63,993 nucleotides of DNA, filler included, from Perkinsus olseni (GCA_013115125.1; 11 parts of 11 records of this genome joined end to end with filler, not necessarily neighbours in it); one strand, 5' to 3'; shown: positions 10,214-23,812, counted from the first letter of the whole stretch. A program made the numbers and translations. Notes: generated by a model not told the origin, from the sequence alone.

Positions 10214-11344
10214 TTACCACCTTCCCTTGCCCTTACCCTTGCCGGAATGGCCCTTGCCCTTACCAGAGCCCTTGCCTAAGTAATAAGACCACACGCTATG
10301 AGGGTACCACCGACCGAGGGACGCCTACCCTTTCCAAAGCCCTTGCCACCCTTGCCCTTTCCTCCCTTGCCCTTGCCACCCTTGCCTTTACCACCAGCGG
10401 CATGCTCTGATAGAAAAAGGGTGAAAACCGGTTCATTGTCTTTGAAGACTTACTCTTGGGGCCGATGGTCTTCTTAACGGGCAGGAACCGCTCCATGGGA
10501 AGAGTCTGGTTGCCATCAATGTAAACCTAGGGAACCCTCGGAAATCTGCACGCATGCGCACGACAATTCAAATCCTCACCTTCTGACCTGGCTTGAAGCT
10601 CTTAGCAACAACCCCTTCCTGCATCTTCACAGAGAAGTAGAACTCATTGATGGGTCCGAGGATCTCATCGACCTGTCCGATCTGACTCTTGTTCTCGAGG
10701 AACACACGGCCGTTGAAGTAGGGCACTTTAGTGTGGGTACCTGCATCACGAATTGGGGAAGGAGTGGTACGGCAGGAGTAGAAGTATTACACTTGCAGAC
10801 CATCTCGTCCTCGCAGACGTGCATCATCTCGCCAAGCTCCTCCACCCACTCGGGGGGTCCGAGGGGGGCGCGGTGGCCCTTGCCTGACACCATCCACCAT
10901 CACCCAACCAATACCACACCTTCACCAACTGAACAGTCCCTTCAACTGCAGCTGGACGACATGCCCGATGACAAAGGTTTTTGCGACTCTATGGGTCGAT
11001 TGTCGGGGTTATCGACAAACGATAGCTTTTTTCCACCCACGTGGTCACGACGTAGAAGCTCGAAGTGCGGTTATCTAGGAGTATCTTTCACGACGACACC
11101 CGCGTCCATCACAGGCTAACATCCAAAGGGCTCCCATTGAAGCGTGTAACGTAGTGAGAATCCGCCTGTTTCTGTGTACCCCTACTCATACCGGAACTTC
11201 CCCAAATCTCACCCGAGTGCCAGCCCCACTCACAACTGGGATATTTCGATCCCCGATTTCATAGCCCCTTCCGCACTGCCCTGTCTCATCATTACCTTTG
11301 CCTTTTCCTCCCTTTCCTTTTCCTTTGCCGAATCCACCTTTCAT
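10214..11344 (-). CDS. GAR1: H/ACA snoRNP subunit Gar1 (multi-exon)
   Basis: Spliced core [80 protein letters not shown], flanked by Gly/Lys-rich tails. Confidence 0.92.
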
Positions 11345-11967
11345 TACGATGGTCAATGACTTGATAGGTCAACAGCGAAGGGGACGTGAAACAATAATTG
11401 AGGAAACGCAAGAGTTCAGAAGTGCGCAAGATACCTAAGAACAATCGGCCTCAGCAAAGCGGGGGCAATTCTCAAAATCGGGTAATCGGAGTTTCTGAAC
11501 GAAAGGCGACCCATCTCTTCTACATCTTACAACTTCTGCGGCAGAAGTTCTGCCATAAGGCCCCCACCTCAAGCGCGCTACGTCGTCAGCTTGTCTGGCC
11601 GTGAATCTTGTCCGGGACAAGTTCTTCCTTAACGCCTATCCAACCTCGTAATTGCTCCAATTGAGCTGTGCGGTTTCATTGAGTGTCACCGATCTTCGAG
11701 ATCATTGAGCGTCACCAGCGAGTGTCACTCCGTTGTCATAATGAGGCAGTTCTAGTGACCCGCGGGATGACTGTGCTCCCTCATTTCGGTTCAGTAGTGT
11801 AGCGGGCCGTGTGAACCCCGCTGGGAGCTGAGGTCCAATGAAGGGCTGAGGCTCAAGATCTTCACCANNNNNNNNNNNNNNNNNNNNNNNNNNNNNNNNN
11901 NNNNNNNNNNNTTAATTAATTAANNNNNNNNNNNNNNNNNNNNNNNNNNNNNNNNNNNNNNNNNNNN

Positions 11968-12081
11968 GCAGACAAAATCATCGTCATATCTGAAGGCCGG
12001 GTTGTTGAGAATGGTACGCATGATGAGCTCATCTCTAAGAAAGGTGTGTATTATGACCTTCACGAGAAGGGGCAGCAATGA
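11968..12081 (+). CDS. 3' end of an ABCB (P-glycoprotein-like) transporter, partial
   Basis: [31 protein letters not shown] is the canonical ABCB NBD C-terminus. Confidence 0.88.
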   Translation, partial: ADKIIVISEGRVVENGTHDELISKKGVYYDLHEKGQQ

Positions 12082-12531
12082 TCGCCGTTATGGGCACTTT
12101 TTGTATTTGACATTCATCCCATATGTCAACTCAAGTTTTTTATACTATCCGTTTCATCTCATGATTATCTGAATGTATCGGCCATCGGTACAAGTTCAGT
12201 TCAGGCTACATTAGTATTCTCCGTGATCCCCTTTCCAAAATGGACTGCGGTGTGGCATCACTTCCTCATGGCGCACGCGGCAGATGACGCGTGGCTTTTG
12301 TGTTATACCTCGACTCGTGCTTCGGTGCTCATACACTTGGTATTCAAGTAACAAGGCTTTCAGCTTAGGCTATCCTTTGTTGTGTTTAAGGGCGCATGCC
12401 TGGTGCAAACGTCTGACGAGTCTTCTTCTCCGCCAGAAGCAGTATGTCGCCGAAGCTAGCGTCTCTATTGGGGCCTTCAGACCATCGATCCATAGTGGCT
12501 GAGATAGGTATAGAATTGTTCGACTTCGGAG

Positions 12532-12556
12532 TTGTTGTTGTTGTTGTTGTTGTTGA
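12532..12556. repeat. (GTT)n microsatellite
   Basis: About 8 GTT units. Confidence 0.85.
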
Positions 12557-12921
12557 TAAGATCAGAGATGTCTACGCTATAGCCTTCGGCATACGCCATA
12601 AAGTCACGCTGGAAGCAACACTCCGTTCGTCATACTGAGTATGTACAAATACTGATTTTACCAAGTTATGGTAACCTCCTCTGAAGGCCTTCCGAGCAGG
12701 CAATATTTGTGCTGCAGCTCACTAGCTTCTCTTGATATTACCCAGTTATCACCTTATTGACGGCAATGTTTCGCTTGTTGCTGTTGCTTCGTCTAAGGGT
12801 GCTGCAATCTCTAGCGTGGCGCTAGACCATGATACGGTTACATTACTCTACCTTCAACAACTCGGGACGGGATTACTCTACTCAAGTGCAGTTAGTTTTC
12901 CAATTCGCTCGACCATCATCA

Positions 12922-15900
12922 ATGGTCAATTATTTCCAGCTCTACAGATTCGCCAGCAAGTATGAGTTATCAGTAATAGGTGAGTGCTCTCTCCTCCCTT
13001 ATAGTCTGTCTTCGAGTCTCTGTTCACTTAGTGTTCGCAGTAATATGTGCTGCTGCTCACGGCACAGCCTTCCCTCTATTTGCTTACGTCTTTGGAGATA
13101 CCCTCAGTAAGTTTTCGCTATTGCCTTGCTGCAGCCTGCGCAAGATGGTCTCTTCAGATGATCTTGGGGAAGGTAGTGACAATGTCGTTGACGCTGTATC
13201 AAAGCAGTGCTTGTACATGGTGAGTCTATATAGTCATTGTTCTTGGTATGTATGCAGTCATTCTCCAGGTCTACATTGGTATCGGTGCATGGGGATTCTC
13301 GTGGGCTTGGCATGGGATCTTTACCGCTACGGCATCCCTGCAAGCAACGCGGTTGAAGATACGACACTTCGAGGCTGGTAATGACAACTAGCATCATCAT
13401 CACCCTCTCGCACGGACGTATCGCCTGCTTTTCAGTCCTCTGTCAAGATATTGCGTGGTTTGATAAGATTAGCCCGGCAGAGTTGCCGACTAGAATGACC
13501 GAAGATGTTACTAAGGTCATTCATCTCTTATTACCAGACCATTATTGTATCACCATCATCATAACGTCAGGTACAACAAGCTCTGGGCTTCCGAGTGGGT
13601 CTTTTCATAATGAACATGTCAATGGCTATCGCCGGCCTTACTATTGGCTTCATAAGAGGATGGCAGGTGAAGTCACCTCGAGCATCCTTATCCCTGATTA
13701 TCAAACTCGATAGGTTTGCCTTGTTATGCTCGCAGCTACACCGGTTATCATCGTATCAACTACGATGATGGGTATAGTCCTAGCCAAATCGTCTAAGATA
13801 TCACAGACTTCCTACGCTAAGGCAGGGGCTTACGCAGAAGAGGTATGTCCTGTATAATAATGGCATCATGTTCCAATGGCCAATGCAGGCCTTGAGCTCT
13901 ATTCGAACGGTAACAGCCTTTGGTGGACAGCAGCGAGAAATCGAGCGATATAGCTCCGCTCTCGAACAAGCAAGACTAGGTGAAGTGGCATTTGCCGCTG
14001 GGCGATGATGTTGTATCTCCTTACTGTTGTCAGGTGGAACAAAGGCTGGTCTTTATACTGGTCTTTCCCTTGGTCTTACCTTTGGTGCTACCTACGCCGC
14101 CTATGCTCTAACAATTTGGTCAGCATCTTTCTTCTTGTATATTGCTCTGTCATATTCTCTCCCTCAGGTATGGTGGTACATTGGTTCGGGATGGGACTAT
14201 CAACTCTTGGACTGGAGTGCCTTACACTGGCGGTGATATAATTGCCGTCTTCTTTTCAGTTCTTATGGGTAGGACATCCTTCTCTGCTACTCTACTTGAT
14301 CTCCCTCTCTCAGCTACCTTTGGTCTTGGGCAAGCTATGCCCCCAATACAGATCTTCCAGATTGGTAAAGCCTCTGCCGGCGAGATCTATCGGGTCATTG
14401 ATGAGGAGGTCCCTATCATTGAGACCTCTATCGCCCGACAGACGACTTCTACTACCTCATCGTCGAGTACTCCTCCCCCTCCTCCTGTATCCTTCTCTAA
14501 ACTCTCTTTCTGCGATGTCTGTTTCACTTATCCCAGTCGTCCCGACGTCCAGGTAATGATGCTTCAACTCTGATGATGTATTCATGACATTATCGACCAT
14601 TCTATTCAGGTCTTGAGTAACGTCTCTTTCGACATTACTACCGGAATGAAGGTGGCTTTTGTAGGGGAGAGCGGTTCGGGCAAGAGTAATTATTCTTCAA
14701 TCTCAAAGACCTCTCTACCCATCCTTCTCATGCAGGTACTGTTATGGCCTTGCTCGAGCGTTTCTACGACCCTGTCAGTGGTAAAGTAGAAATGAATGGA
14801 GTAGATTATCGCAAATTCGGTGAGGGGAAGCCAACCGCCATACGGTCCCTCTTCGGGTGAGTTCATCATTTTTCGCCATTAGTTGGATTATGATAACGTC
14901 AGGTACGTTGGTCAAGAGCCGGTACTATTCGCAACTTCTATTAGAAATAATCTCACCTACGGGCTCGATTACACCCCTTCAGAGAGCCAAATAAGAGACG
15001 CCTGTCAGAGAGCTAATGTATGTTGGATGGTGGGTTTGAACCAGGGACCTTTGGATTCCAGGTTCACACTTTCATATCCTCTCTACCAGAAGGGTATGAT
15101 ACTTATTGCGGTACTTCTAGTGGAGGAGGCAGTCAAATCTCCGGTGGACAGAAGCAGAGGGTTGCCATTGCCAGAGCATTGTTGAGGAATCCCCAAGTAA
15201 TCCTATTAGAGCTGCCGTATTGACCATTACATATCTTCTGTTGTTAAGATACTCCTACTGGATGAGGCAACTTCAGCCCTCGATAACGAAAGTGAGAAGA
15301 TGGTCCAATCTACAATAGACAAGTAAGGTCCATGTAGGCTGCTCATCATCCGAGTATTGTGGTATATCCTTTCAGACTTCAAAGAACATCCGGTCTCACC
15401 ACCATCTCAATTGCACATCGTCTCTCTACAGTTCGGAACTCTGACATAATATTCGTCATGCAGGACGGAATACTTGTCGAGTCAGGGACACATCATGACC
15501 TAATAGGTAACATCAGCCTCGACCATCGCTGGTGTCTGCATCATCCTCCACTTCAGGCCGCCCTAATGGCGTCTATTATGCTCTGGTCTCGGCACAGGAA
15601 GCCGCTGCGGCAGCTAGTTCTACTGCTCATGCGGGTATGCTCCCACTCAGACATCGAAGGTAATTATGGGAGCCTGTGATGATGATGATGATGCTCATGC
15701 TATTGTTATCAGCACATCCAGTGTAGTGAGTGATGGTGGTCTCATACGTGCTCAATCAGCAGCGGCCAAATCTACTGGCTCGGCAGTTTTTGTAGAGAAT
15801 GAACATTTTGCCGTGGATGAGGAAGCCGAGGAGAAGAAGCGTGTTGAGCAGATCTCAAAAACATACAGAGTGATTCGCCGTCTCTTCTCTCGTCAGCCCA

Positions 15901-17842
15901 GTGCACCTCACCATCATCAGGTCCCATGGTTGCGACTATTCGGTTTGTCTAAGCCCGAGTTTGCCTATTACCTCCCATCAATCCTTGGGGCGATTCTGTC
16001 GGGGGTGGCCATGCCCTTGGAGGCCCTTCTCCTCGCGCAAGCCCTCAAGTACTTCTTCGATCCCGATGTGGACAGTATGATGGATGGCATTGTACGGACG
16101 AGCTTAGGGTAGCGTTAGGTCCCCGGTTCGATCCTCGGATGACACCTTTTTCCTTCAGGTTTGTTGGTATAGCCATTGGTATTGCACTGGGTAATGTTGG
16201 ACAATTCTGGGGTTTCGCATTCATTGGTGAGCATCTCACCAAGAGAGTGCGGACCGCGTGCTACGGCAAGATGCTACGACAAGTATCAGAGGCTACTGAG
16301 TCCAGTCCAGATCATTATCATCGTCATTATCAGGAGATAGCCTACTTCGACGATCCTGCCCATGCTCCCGGGCGTCTTACCTCCACCCTCGGCACTTACG
16401 CATTGAAATTGAATGTCCTCACTGGTACCCAGCTAGGTAGGATGGACCTGACACACCGGTGTTTTCTGTTCTATCAACTCCCCTCAGGTATATTTGCTCA
16501 GCTGGCTGCTACTGCAATCGCCGGTGTCATTATATCATTCTCGGCCTCACCGAAGTTGGCTGCTGTTATGTTGGCAACTCTTCCACTGTTGGCAGCAGCT
16601 GGTAGGTGAATAATGCATGTTGTGGGAATCGAACCGGAGATCTTCTCCCCTACAGGTGCAATAGGTGTAATCTTCGTAACTCGTGAGCACGGTATTGGCA
16701 AGAAAGATGACTCTTCGGGTCAGGCTAATCAGATAGCCTCAGAGGCTGTCCAGAATCTTCGGACTCTGAGAGCTCTCACTGCCGAGGTTCGAACCCGGGA
16801 CCTGTAAGATTGTCATGAGATGATTGTTGCTGCCACTGTGATGACCATTCAGATTCGAGATGTTGATCACGAAGTCAGCCATCGAACACGGTAAACCGGC
16901 CTTTATCTCGGGATTCTTCTACGGCATGTCGAACTTCATGACGTATGGTGCTGTGGCACTGGGCTTTTGGTATGGTGCGTTGTTGATCGATACCGAGGGG
17001 TTAGCCTTCGATGACACCATTCAAGCGGTTATGGGCGTTTTCTTGTCTGCAGTTGGTATCGGCCAGGTAGTAGCAGTAATCCTGTTATCATCAAGCGAGA
17101 AAATGATTAGCGTTCTTTTGTCAGGCCCTAGCCTTCTTGCACGACATAAAGGAAGCTCGTACTGCGGCTCATGATATCTTCGAGCTTCTTGATCGGCGGA
17201 GTGCATGTGATCCCTTATGTCCCGATGGGAGGAAGGCGAGCATATTCAATGTAGGCTGTTAGTCTTGCTACCACACCAAACATATCCCACAGGTTGATGA
17301 TGACTATGCTAATAATACCAATGTGAAGATTGTCTTCGATGGAGTGGACTTTGCCTATCCTCACCGACCAGAAGTTCAGGTCAGCGTCAAACCTTTCGAT
17401 GAGCCGCTCTCTAGTATCGTCTTGCTGCTCATCAGATCCTCAAGGGCCTCAATTTGGAGATCCCAGCAGGTCAGACGGTTGCGCTGGTCGGCCCTAGTGG
17501 AGGAGGCAAGAGCACCGTATTCGCCTTGCTGCAGAGATTCTATGACCCCGACGCTGGGAGCGTGAGTCCTGCTGTTGTTGCTGATGTTATGATGATTGCC
17601 TACTGCAACGATACCCGGTCCTGTTCAGATATACGTCGAATCGGCTGATCTCAATGCTGTTAATGTATCCTGGTGGAGATCACAATGCGGTGTGGTATCT
17701 CAAGAACCCGTACTCTTCGACCTCAGTCTTGGGGATAATGTTACATACGGGTAAGTGTCATCGAACCTCGTCTAATCTTCCTTGGCGGTCATCCTCGCTG
17801 TTCAGAGTCTCGAAAGATGTATCAACTGAGGACTTGCTAGAG
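12922..17842 (+). CDS. Full-size ABCB/MDR P-glycoprotein (TMD-NBD-TMD-NBD), intron-rich, 3' truncated by contig end
   Basis: [24 protein letters not shown]; Walker [64 protein letters not shown]; second [11 protein letters not shown] and NBD2 GPSGGGKST. Confidence 0.95.
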
Positions 17843-18804
17843 NNNNNNNNNNNNNNNNNNNNNNNNNNNNNNNNNNNNNNNNNNNNTTAATTAATTAANN
17901 NNNNNNNNNNNNNNNNNNNNNNNNNNNNNNNNNNNNNNNNNNCGATAAGCTCTGTTCGGAGAACTCCTTGAAATCTAACGGCAGGGGCAAAAAGAGGCCG
18001 CATTCAGCCGACATAGAAGCTGCATTCGATGCCTCGTTTCTCGAATACGTCGTTCATTCTGGTGCTGTGCCTGTGGGCTGATAGCCTATCAGCCCACAGA
18101 TAAAAGATGTCGTAAAAGCAGACAGCGTGTAAAGCGCATGCCCGTTCATAAGTTATTAATAGAGCAGTCATAGCTCGTCTGATTATGAAATGATAGGACC
18201 CCCAAGCGACATGACAGGCAGCGGAAGTCTCCCCTGTGACAACGCCGAGCCTTGAAAGTAGGAACCCGAACGAAGGTTGATACATTTGGCAACAGGTTGT
18301 AGGAAAGTTACTTAGCGCCACGACTCTGAAGGAATCGGAAGGCTTCAAAAGAATAACAAAGTGAGGGTCTTTTCAAAGGCAGCACAAGGATAGTCTAGAA
18401 AGCTATTAGGTTGATGATATTAGTCATAGATTATTCGATTGCCAAAAATATGAGAATATTCGAATTCAATGTTTCGGTTATTCTCGTATTATTGAAGACG
18501 ACTTTGTTCGAGAAAACATTATTAATGTCGCACGGTTCGTTGCTTTAGCGAGAGGGTTATAGCTTTATAGCATTATTATAGTCCTCTCCCTACTCCATTC
18601 CGTCGAATGGTTTACGGACCGTAGAAAAAGCTATTAGGAGCGAAGAACTCCAGCCGGATGACAGCTCCGACTCGGTATGGTCGTCCTTAGGCGCGGGTCG
18701 ACCTTGGGACGGCGAGCCCCTTTCCTTCTCGGCGGCTTCGATGACCCCAAGAGTAGTCAATTCGCCGCTCGGAGGTCCTCCCGGAGTTCCTGGAATTTCG
18801 CGGT

Positions 18805-19576
18805 TCAGCAGAGAACCTTTAAGAGCATTCCATTTCTCAGCAAACTAAGTTTGCCAAACTTGCCTAGAGAGTAGAAAGTGTGGTAGAGTTGGAAGCACTG
18901 CTCAGTTCTCAAGGAAGCCGGTATCTCGCCCCTCTCTAGCACGGCCGTAACGAAGCGCTCACGAATGTCAAAGAAGTTGTCAATGAACTCATGAATGGTG
19001 ACATGGAGGTCGTCAGGCATTCCCTGACCATCGTCCACAGCACCACCAGTCAGGGGTGTATTACGACTCGTACACCGAAAACTCGTACACTTTCATTCAT
19101 CAGAAGGTCTCGGGTTCGAATCGAACCGTTCGATCCTACGTACAGGCCCGGTACTACAGGGACGAGATAAATCGCCAAGAATGGGCAGCAGAGCGGCTCC
19201 GCGAATTGCCTAAAAAAATTCGCAGGTTGTACGAAATGACGGTGTACCAGTTGAAAGTGTGTGTGTATGAAATGATGGTGTACGAGCATTATGTGTACGA
19301 GTGTTATGTGTACGAGTATTTTGCGTACGAGTTTTACATGTACGAGTTTTCTGAGCATGAGTTTTTCGTGTACGAGTCCTCGCCGAGGACTCCTCGGTGT
19401 ACGAGTATTCGGTGTACGAGTCGTGAACATCCCCCAGTCAGCCTGTCGTTCATACGTCTAGCAGGGACTCTGAGAGACTCCGAGAACTGAGCGACTTCCT
19501 CCCACATCGGGTGCAGGAACCTCGAGAACTGATTGAAGGAGCCGCTGTCCCCAAGAATTGGGTAACGCCGCGTCAC
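18805..19576 (-). pseudogene. Unknown ORF interrupted by a MITE
   Basis: Removing 19054-19433 plus one TSD copy fuses ...PARRMNDRLTG to GAVDDGQGMPDDLHVTIHEF in frame. Confidence 0.55.
19054..19433. mobile_element. MITE (380 bp) with ~37-bp TIRs and 8-bp TSD CCAGTCAG
   Basis: Left GGGTGTATTACGACTCGTACACCGAAAACTCGTACAC vs right GTGTACGAGTATTCGGTGTACGAGTCGTGAACATCCC. CCAGTCAG at 19046-19053 and 19434-19441. Internal (G)TGTACGAG repeats. Confidence 0.88.
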
Positions 19577-19960
19577 TGACGAGTACGGAGTTAAACAAGC
19601 TGACGCTGTACTTGATACGTCCTACCAGAAGATCAATCTTGGCGATTTGCACAACGGTTCGGCTCGCACTGTACAAGCTGCGCTCGAGACTCTAGCGCCA
19701 GTAGAAAAACAGGCCGCTAGCCTGGCCTGAGACCAGGGCATATCTGTCTATCTATCTACTACGCACAGAGACTGGTCTGTCGTAAGGAATCTCCCCATCT
19801 GCGCTCGTTGTCTGTATATCGCGCCGACCCCCATAGCGTGATCGATACCCTGCATTATAGTCTATAAGTAGATCTCAAGAGCAGCACACCTACATTCACG
19901 GCGTGAATTTCACGCCCCTGTCGCGTTGCTAGTATGGACGGAACCCTAACATCTCTGCGT

Positions 19961-20012
19961 ATAGACAACAGACGCACAGACAGGACGCACAGACGCACAG
20001 ACAGGGCGCACA
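19961..20012. repeat. Short tandem ACAGACGC-type repeat
   Basis: agacaacagacgcacagacaggacgcacagacgcacagacagggcgcacag. Confidence 0.6.
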
Positions 20013-20775
20013 GTGAGAAATAAAAAGCAGCTAGTGATGGCCGAACGAAGTCGATTCACAAATAGTGAGCAATCGACTATAGCAGCTAACTTAGCTGAGG
20101 TAACACGCTGGCCATCAGAATCAGGCACCACAGGTTATCGGGTATGGAGTTGGACAGCACTCCTGTTGAACCGTGGTGGCTTCCAGCTACTGCTTGGCAG
20201 CAAACACAAGCTACGGCCTGGTAACCGGGCCCTGGTTGCTGGGCTTGACGCTGATAAAGGTGGAACAGGTCAGCACATCCGCTCACTGTTCAGACTCCCA
20301 ACCTCTGAGTCATGGGAATTTCGATCCTTTGATGCATGCACAGCTACGCTTGGGGCCTAAGCCTTGGGCCATCAACGCGCGGCACAAACTGTCTACAGAC
20401 CGACAGACAGAGTGTCTGCGCTACTTTCACTCTACTCCGCACAGGTACTGCCTGCACTATAGTGACAACTACCTTCATTGCTGCTACGTACCGACTTTGC
20501 TCTTTGGGCGCCTTTGCTCGTAATACGTACGTTTGTCTTAGTGAACACGTGCGCTCCTCGTCATGCTATGGAACATACGTTCACCATAAATCCAACAACC
20601 AGATCAGTTTCCCGATCTCCATCTCGAGTCCGGTTTCACCTTTCTTTGAGCCCCGTCTCAAATAGCCACACTGTACTGAGTTATAGTGCATGCCTGTCAG
20701 GCAGGGCACAATCAACCATCAAAGTAACTTTGACAAAGTTAGCCAATGACGGTCGAACATAAGCTTCAGTATAAG

Positions 20776-22379
20776 ATGCATTCCCTCATTGTGCTCATTA
20801 TATGTGTTCCGCTCTCAGCCAGCGACGATATTAGCGAGGCTTATGAGCTGTATAAACAGAAGTGAGTTTCACTCCGTCGTTGCTTACTTACACTACTCCT
20901 TCCACAAATAATATCTGTCAGATATAATCTCCACTTTAACTCCTCAGAAGATGCGTATAGGAGAGGCATCTTCACCGATAGCTATGCTCGCATAGTCGAA
21001 GTCAATGGGCGCAATGACGGTGTTATTAGTAACTGCTCTTACTATCCTCTTGAGTCATGCTGCCTTAGGCTCATCATATGAACTAGGAATCACCGAGTTT
21101 GCCGCGATGACTGATGATGAGTTCAACAAGCTGGTGGTTTGCAACGACCATATCTCGCCGAAAGTCGCCAAGATTATCGATCCTCATTCGGAAGAAGGTG
21201 AGGATGTGTTTGTGAGAAGCATTTGTCTAGTTCTGACGAGCTCAAAGGTATTCGTCACAAGAATAAACTCAGAGTCGTGGCTCCACCCAAAAGTGTGGAT
21301 TGGCGAAAGGCCGGCGCGGTGGCCCCTGTTCGCAAACAGAACGGCTGTGGCTCCTGCTACGCTATGGCGACTACCGGTAAGTGTTCTCAAGGGTCTGTTC
21401 AAGAGACTCTCTTGCCAGTAGTTGCGTGTTCACTCTTGCAGAGGCAACTGAAGGTGCCCTCCAGATCAAGACCAAGAAGCTCATACCGTTGTCAGTGCAG
21501 CAAATAGTCGACTGCAGCTCCTTTGGAAATAAGTACATGGCTGATTTTTAACTAAGCTACCCTTCGAGGAGATCCTCATTCCTTTTAGAGGCTGCACGGG
21601 AGGATACCAATCGAGTGCGTATCTCAACACCATGGACCAAGGTATTGTGTCGGAGTCCTCCTACCCCTACGTCGCAGCAGCTGGGGCTTGCAAGCAAAGT
21701 ATAACTCGAGATGTTCACAAGCAGTGTCTACGGGTGAGATCACTCATAACATCACTCCACCGAGCAGTCTATGTTAAGCCCAATGACTTGACCGGTTGGT
21801 GGACTATCGAGAGAGGCAACATGAAGGATCTGCTGGAAAGCGTCGCCAGACAGCCGGTGTCTGCGATCATCAATGCCTCTCCTACGGACTTCAAACTTTA
21901 CAAGGGAGGAATTTTCAAATGTGAGCCTTCGTTTGTCAATCGGCAATCGCCGATTCTGAAGGCAGTCCAATGTTCCTGATCGACCAGAGTAGGTGGACTT
22001 GATTATCCAACTTTCGCTTCAGCCAATTCCTGCCCTTCTTCCAAGGTTTCTCACAGCGTCCTCATCACCGGGTATGGAGAGGATGAGCACGGCACCAAGT
22101 AAATCTAGTCGATTAGGGTTTGCAGTTTGAAACGGTCCGTTTCACGCTCTTTCCGCAGATACTGGGAGTTTAAAAACTCCTGGGGTACCGAGTGGGGCAT
22201 GGCGGGGTACGGTCGACTGATTCGCGGAAAGGGCAGTGATGGTGAGCTCTTCAGTGCTACTAGCACTGTGCTAGGAAACTCACTGGCATCTCCCATCTCA
22301 AGGTGAATGCGGCATCTTGAGGCAGGCTTACTGTCCTCTTCTGGCTGACGAACTCCATCCTGGCGAGCAATGCGTGTAA
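20776..22379 (+). CDS. Papain-family (C1A) cathepsin-L-like cysteine protease, secreted, multi-exon
   Basis: Signal peptide [16 protein letters not shown]29-like propeptide [30 protein letters not shown] (catalytic Cys); [23 protein letters not shown] (His); YWEFKNSWG (Asn). Confidence 0.95.
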
Positions 22380-23684
22380 CTTGCACGGTGTAAGCATCGT
22401 ATCAGCAGACCGATCATCGCTCACCAATGTAGCTGCATGGCAGACTCCAAATGACCAATTGAGACCTGCCCTTTTTTAAAGTTTTTTAGTTTCCAAGAAG
22501 ATACTTTTCTTCTTCAGTATTACAGTAGACATATCTGGCCATTGAGCAGGTAGGACGGCGAATGTTACCTTTTCTTGATCGAGTAGCCAATGTGGCGAAT
22601 CTTTCTAGCGAGAGCAGTTGTGTTACGAGAAACAAAAAATTGAAGCATCCAAGAAAAATGGAAGCATGTTGCTAAGTCAAGGACCATTGGTTAGATGGCC
22701 GAAATCATATCAGTTGCTATGAGGGCCGCTGAAAGCTACTGGTAATGCCAGTCTAATATTGCAACAAGTTACTGCGATTGCCGTGCGAATTGGTATACTA
22801 GTAGCAAAACAGCACTGAGCGCATCTCCAGCACAGGGACCCTACTGACAGGGTGCTTGGTAGAGCAGCGATCACTTCCCAGAAAGCACGGAGAGGCATAT
22901 GCAAGGAGCATGAAACGGTCAACACGCATGAAAATGCACAGTAGTCACGGTCAACAGACCTCACAGTCTGTGAGTCACAGTATGAAGTGGCCGAATATAA
23001 TCACTGCCATTGCCATTGAAGGAGTCATCTGTATGCTTTCTGCACGTGGTATGAGAATGCTGCAGCCATCTCCATGGTATAACCTAACCCGCACCCGATC
23101 ACAGTCCTGACTACGCGTAGCCCTCCGGGTTACTCATGACGGCGACATTCACCAGCAATGCAGTCGCCATGACCACTACAGTCGCTCACGCACATCTCCT
23201 TTTCACAAAAATGCCTAACGTAACTGGCAGTTACTAACTGCAGTCCGTGATATCTAGTAGTTGGAATGCAGCAGGCTGGTGACAGCAGCTACAGGGGCCA
23301 GATGTTGACGGGGCAAGAGGATGGGCGAGGAGTGCAGCATGTGCCAGTAGAATATTCGCTTGGCTTAGGAGCGCTTGCGTCCTAGACTCTGAAATCATAC
23401 TCCTGAACGCATGCTACTAGCATGACGCTCTAAGCCAGCGCCATTTTGAGAACTTTATCATCGTACAGTCACGCGATCCAAACGCGGCATGGTTTCCGCT
23501 GCTCCCACCTGTCAAGACAGTGGCACTGATGGTAAGGGAAATCTCTGATACAAACACCCCGGACTACTTCTGGCGTCGATGGACCCGCTAGTGAGGCTCA
23601 CCGAGTGAGCGCGCAACACTCGAGAAGCTGGGAATGAATTACACACTCTTGCTCAGTTAGAGACTATACCATTCAGAAGTCTAT

Positions 23685-23812
23685 TTGGCGGATAAGGCCG
23701 CCTATATGGGGGTCGAGGATGATATCATCACATTAGCGAGTTGTTGTTGTTGTTGAGACATCAGCAAATTGGCGGATAGGGTTGCCGTTGCCGTAGCCTA
23801 TATGGGGGTCGA
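23685..23812. repeat. Direct repeats TTGGCGGATA..GCCTATATGGGGGTCGA at contig end
   Basis: Two copies separated by a (GTT)n tract; the contig breaks at the second copy. Confidence 0.55.

Noticed and set aside
11788-11867. tRNA-like start (GGTTCAGTAGTGTAGCGG) and CCA end; its reverse complement TGGTGAAG resembles the LTR element's PBS
   Set aside because: No T-loop or cloverleaf can be formed, and the match to the PBS is only 8 nt.
19050-19490. ORFs 19056-19490 (+) and 19050-19430 (-) with VYE/LVH repeats; CRISPR-like periodicity
   Set aside because: These are translations of MITE internal repeats. The repeats are short and degenerate with no unique spacers.
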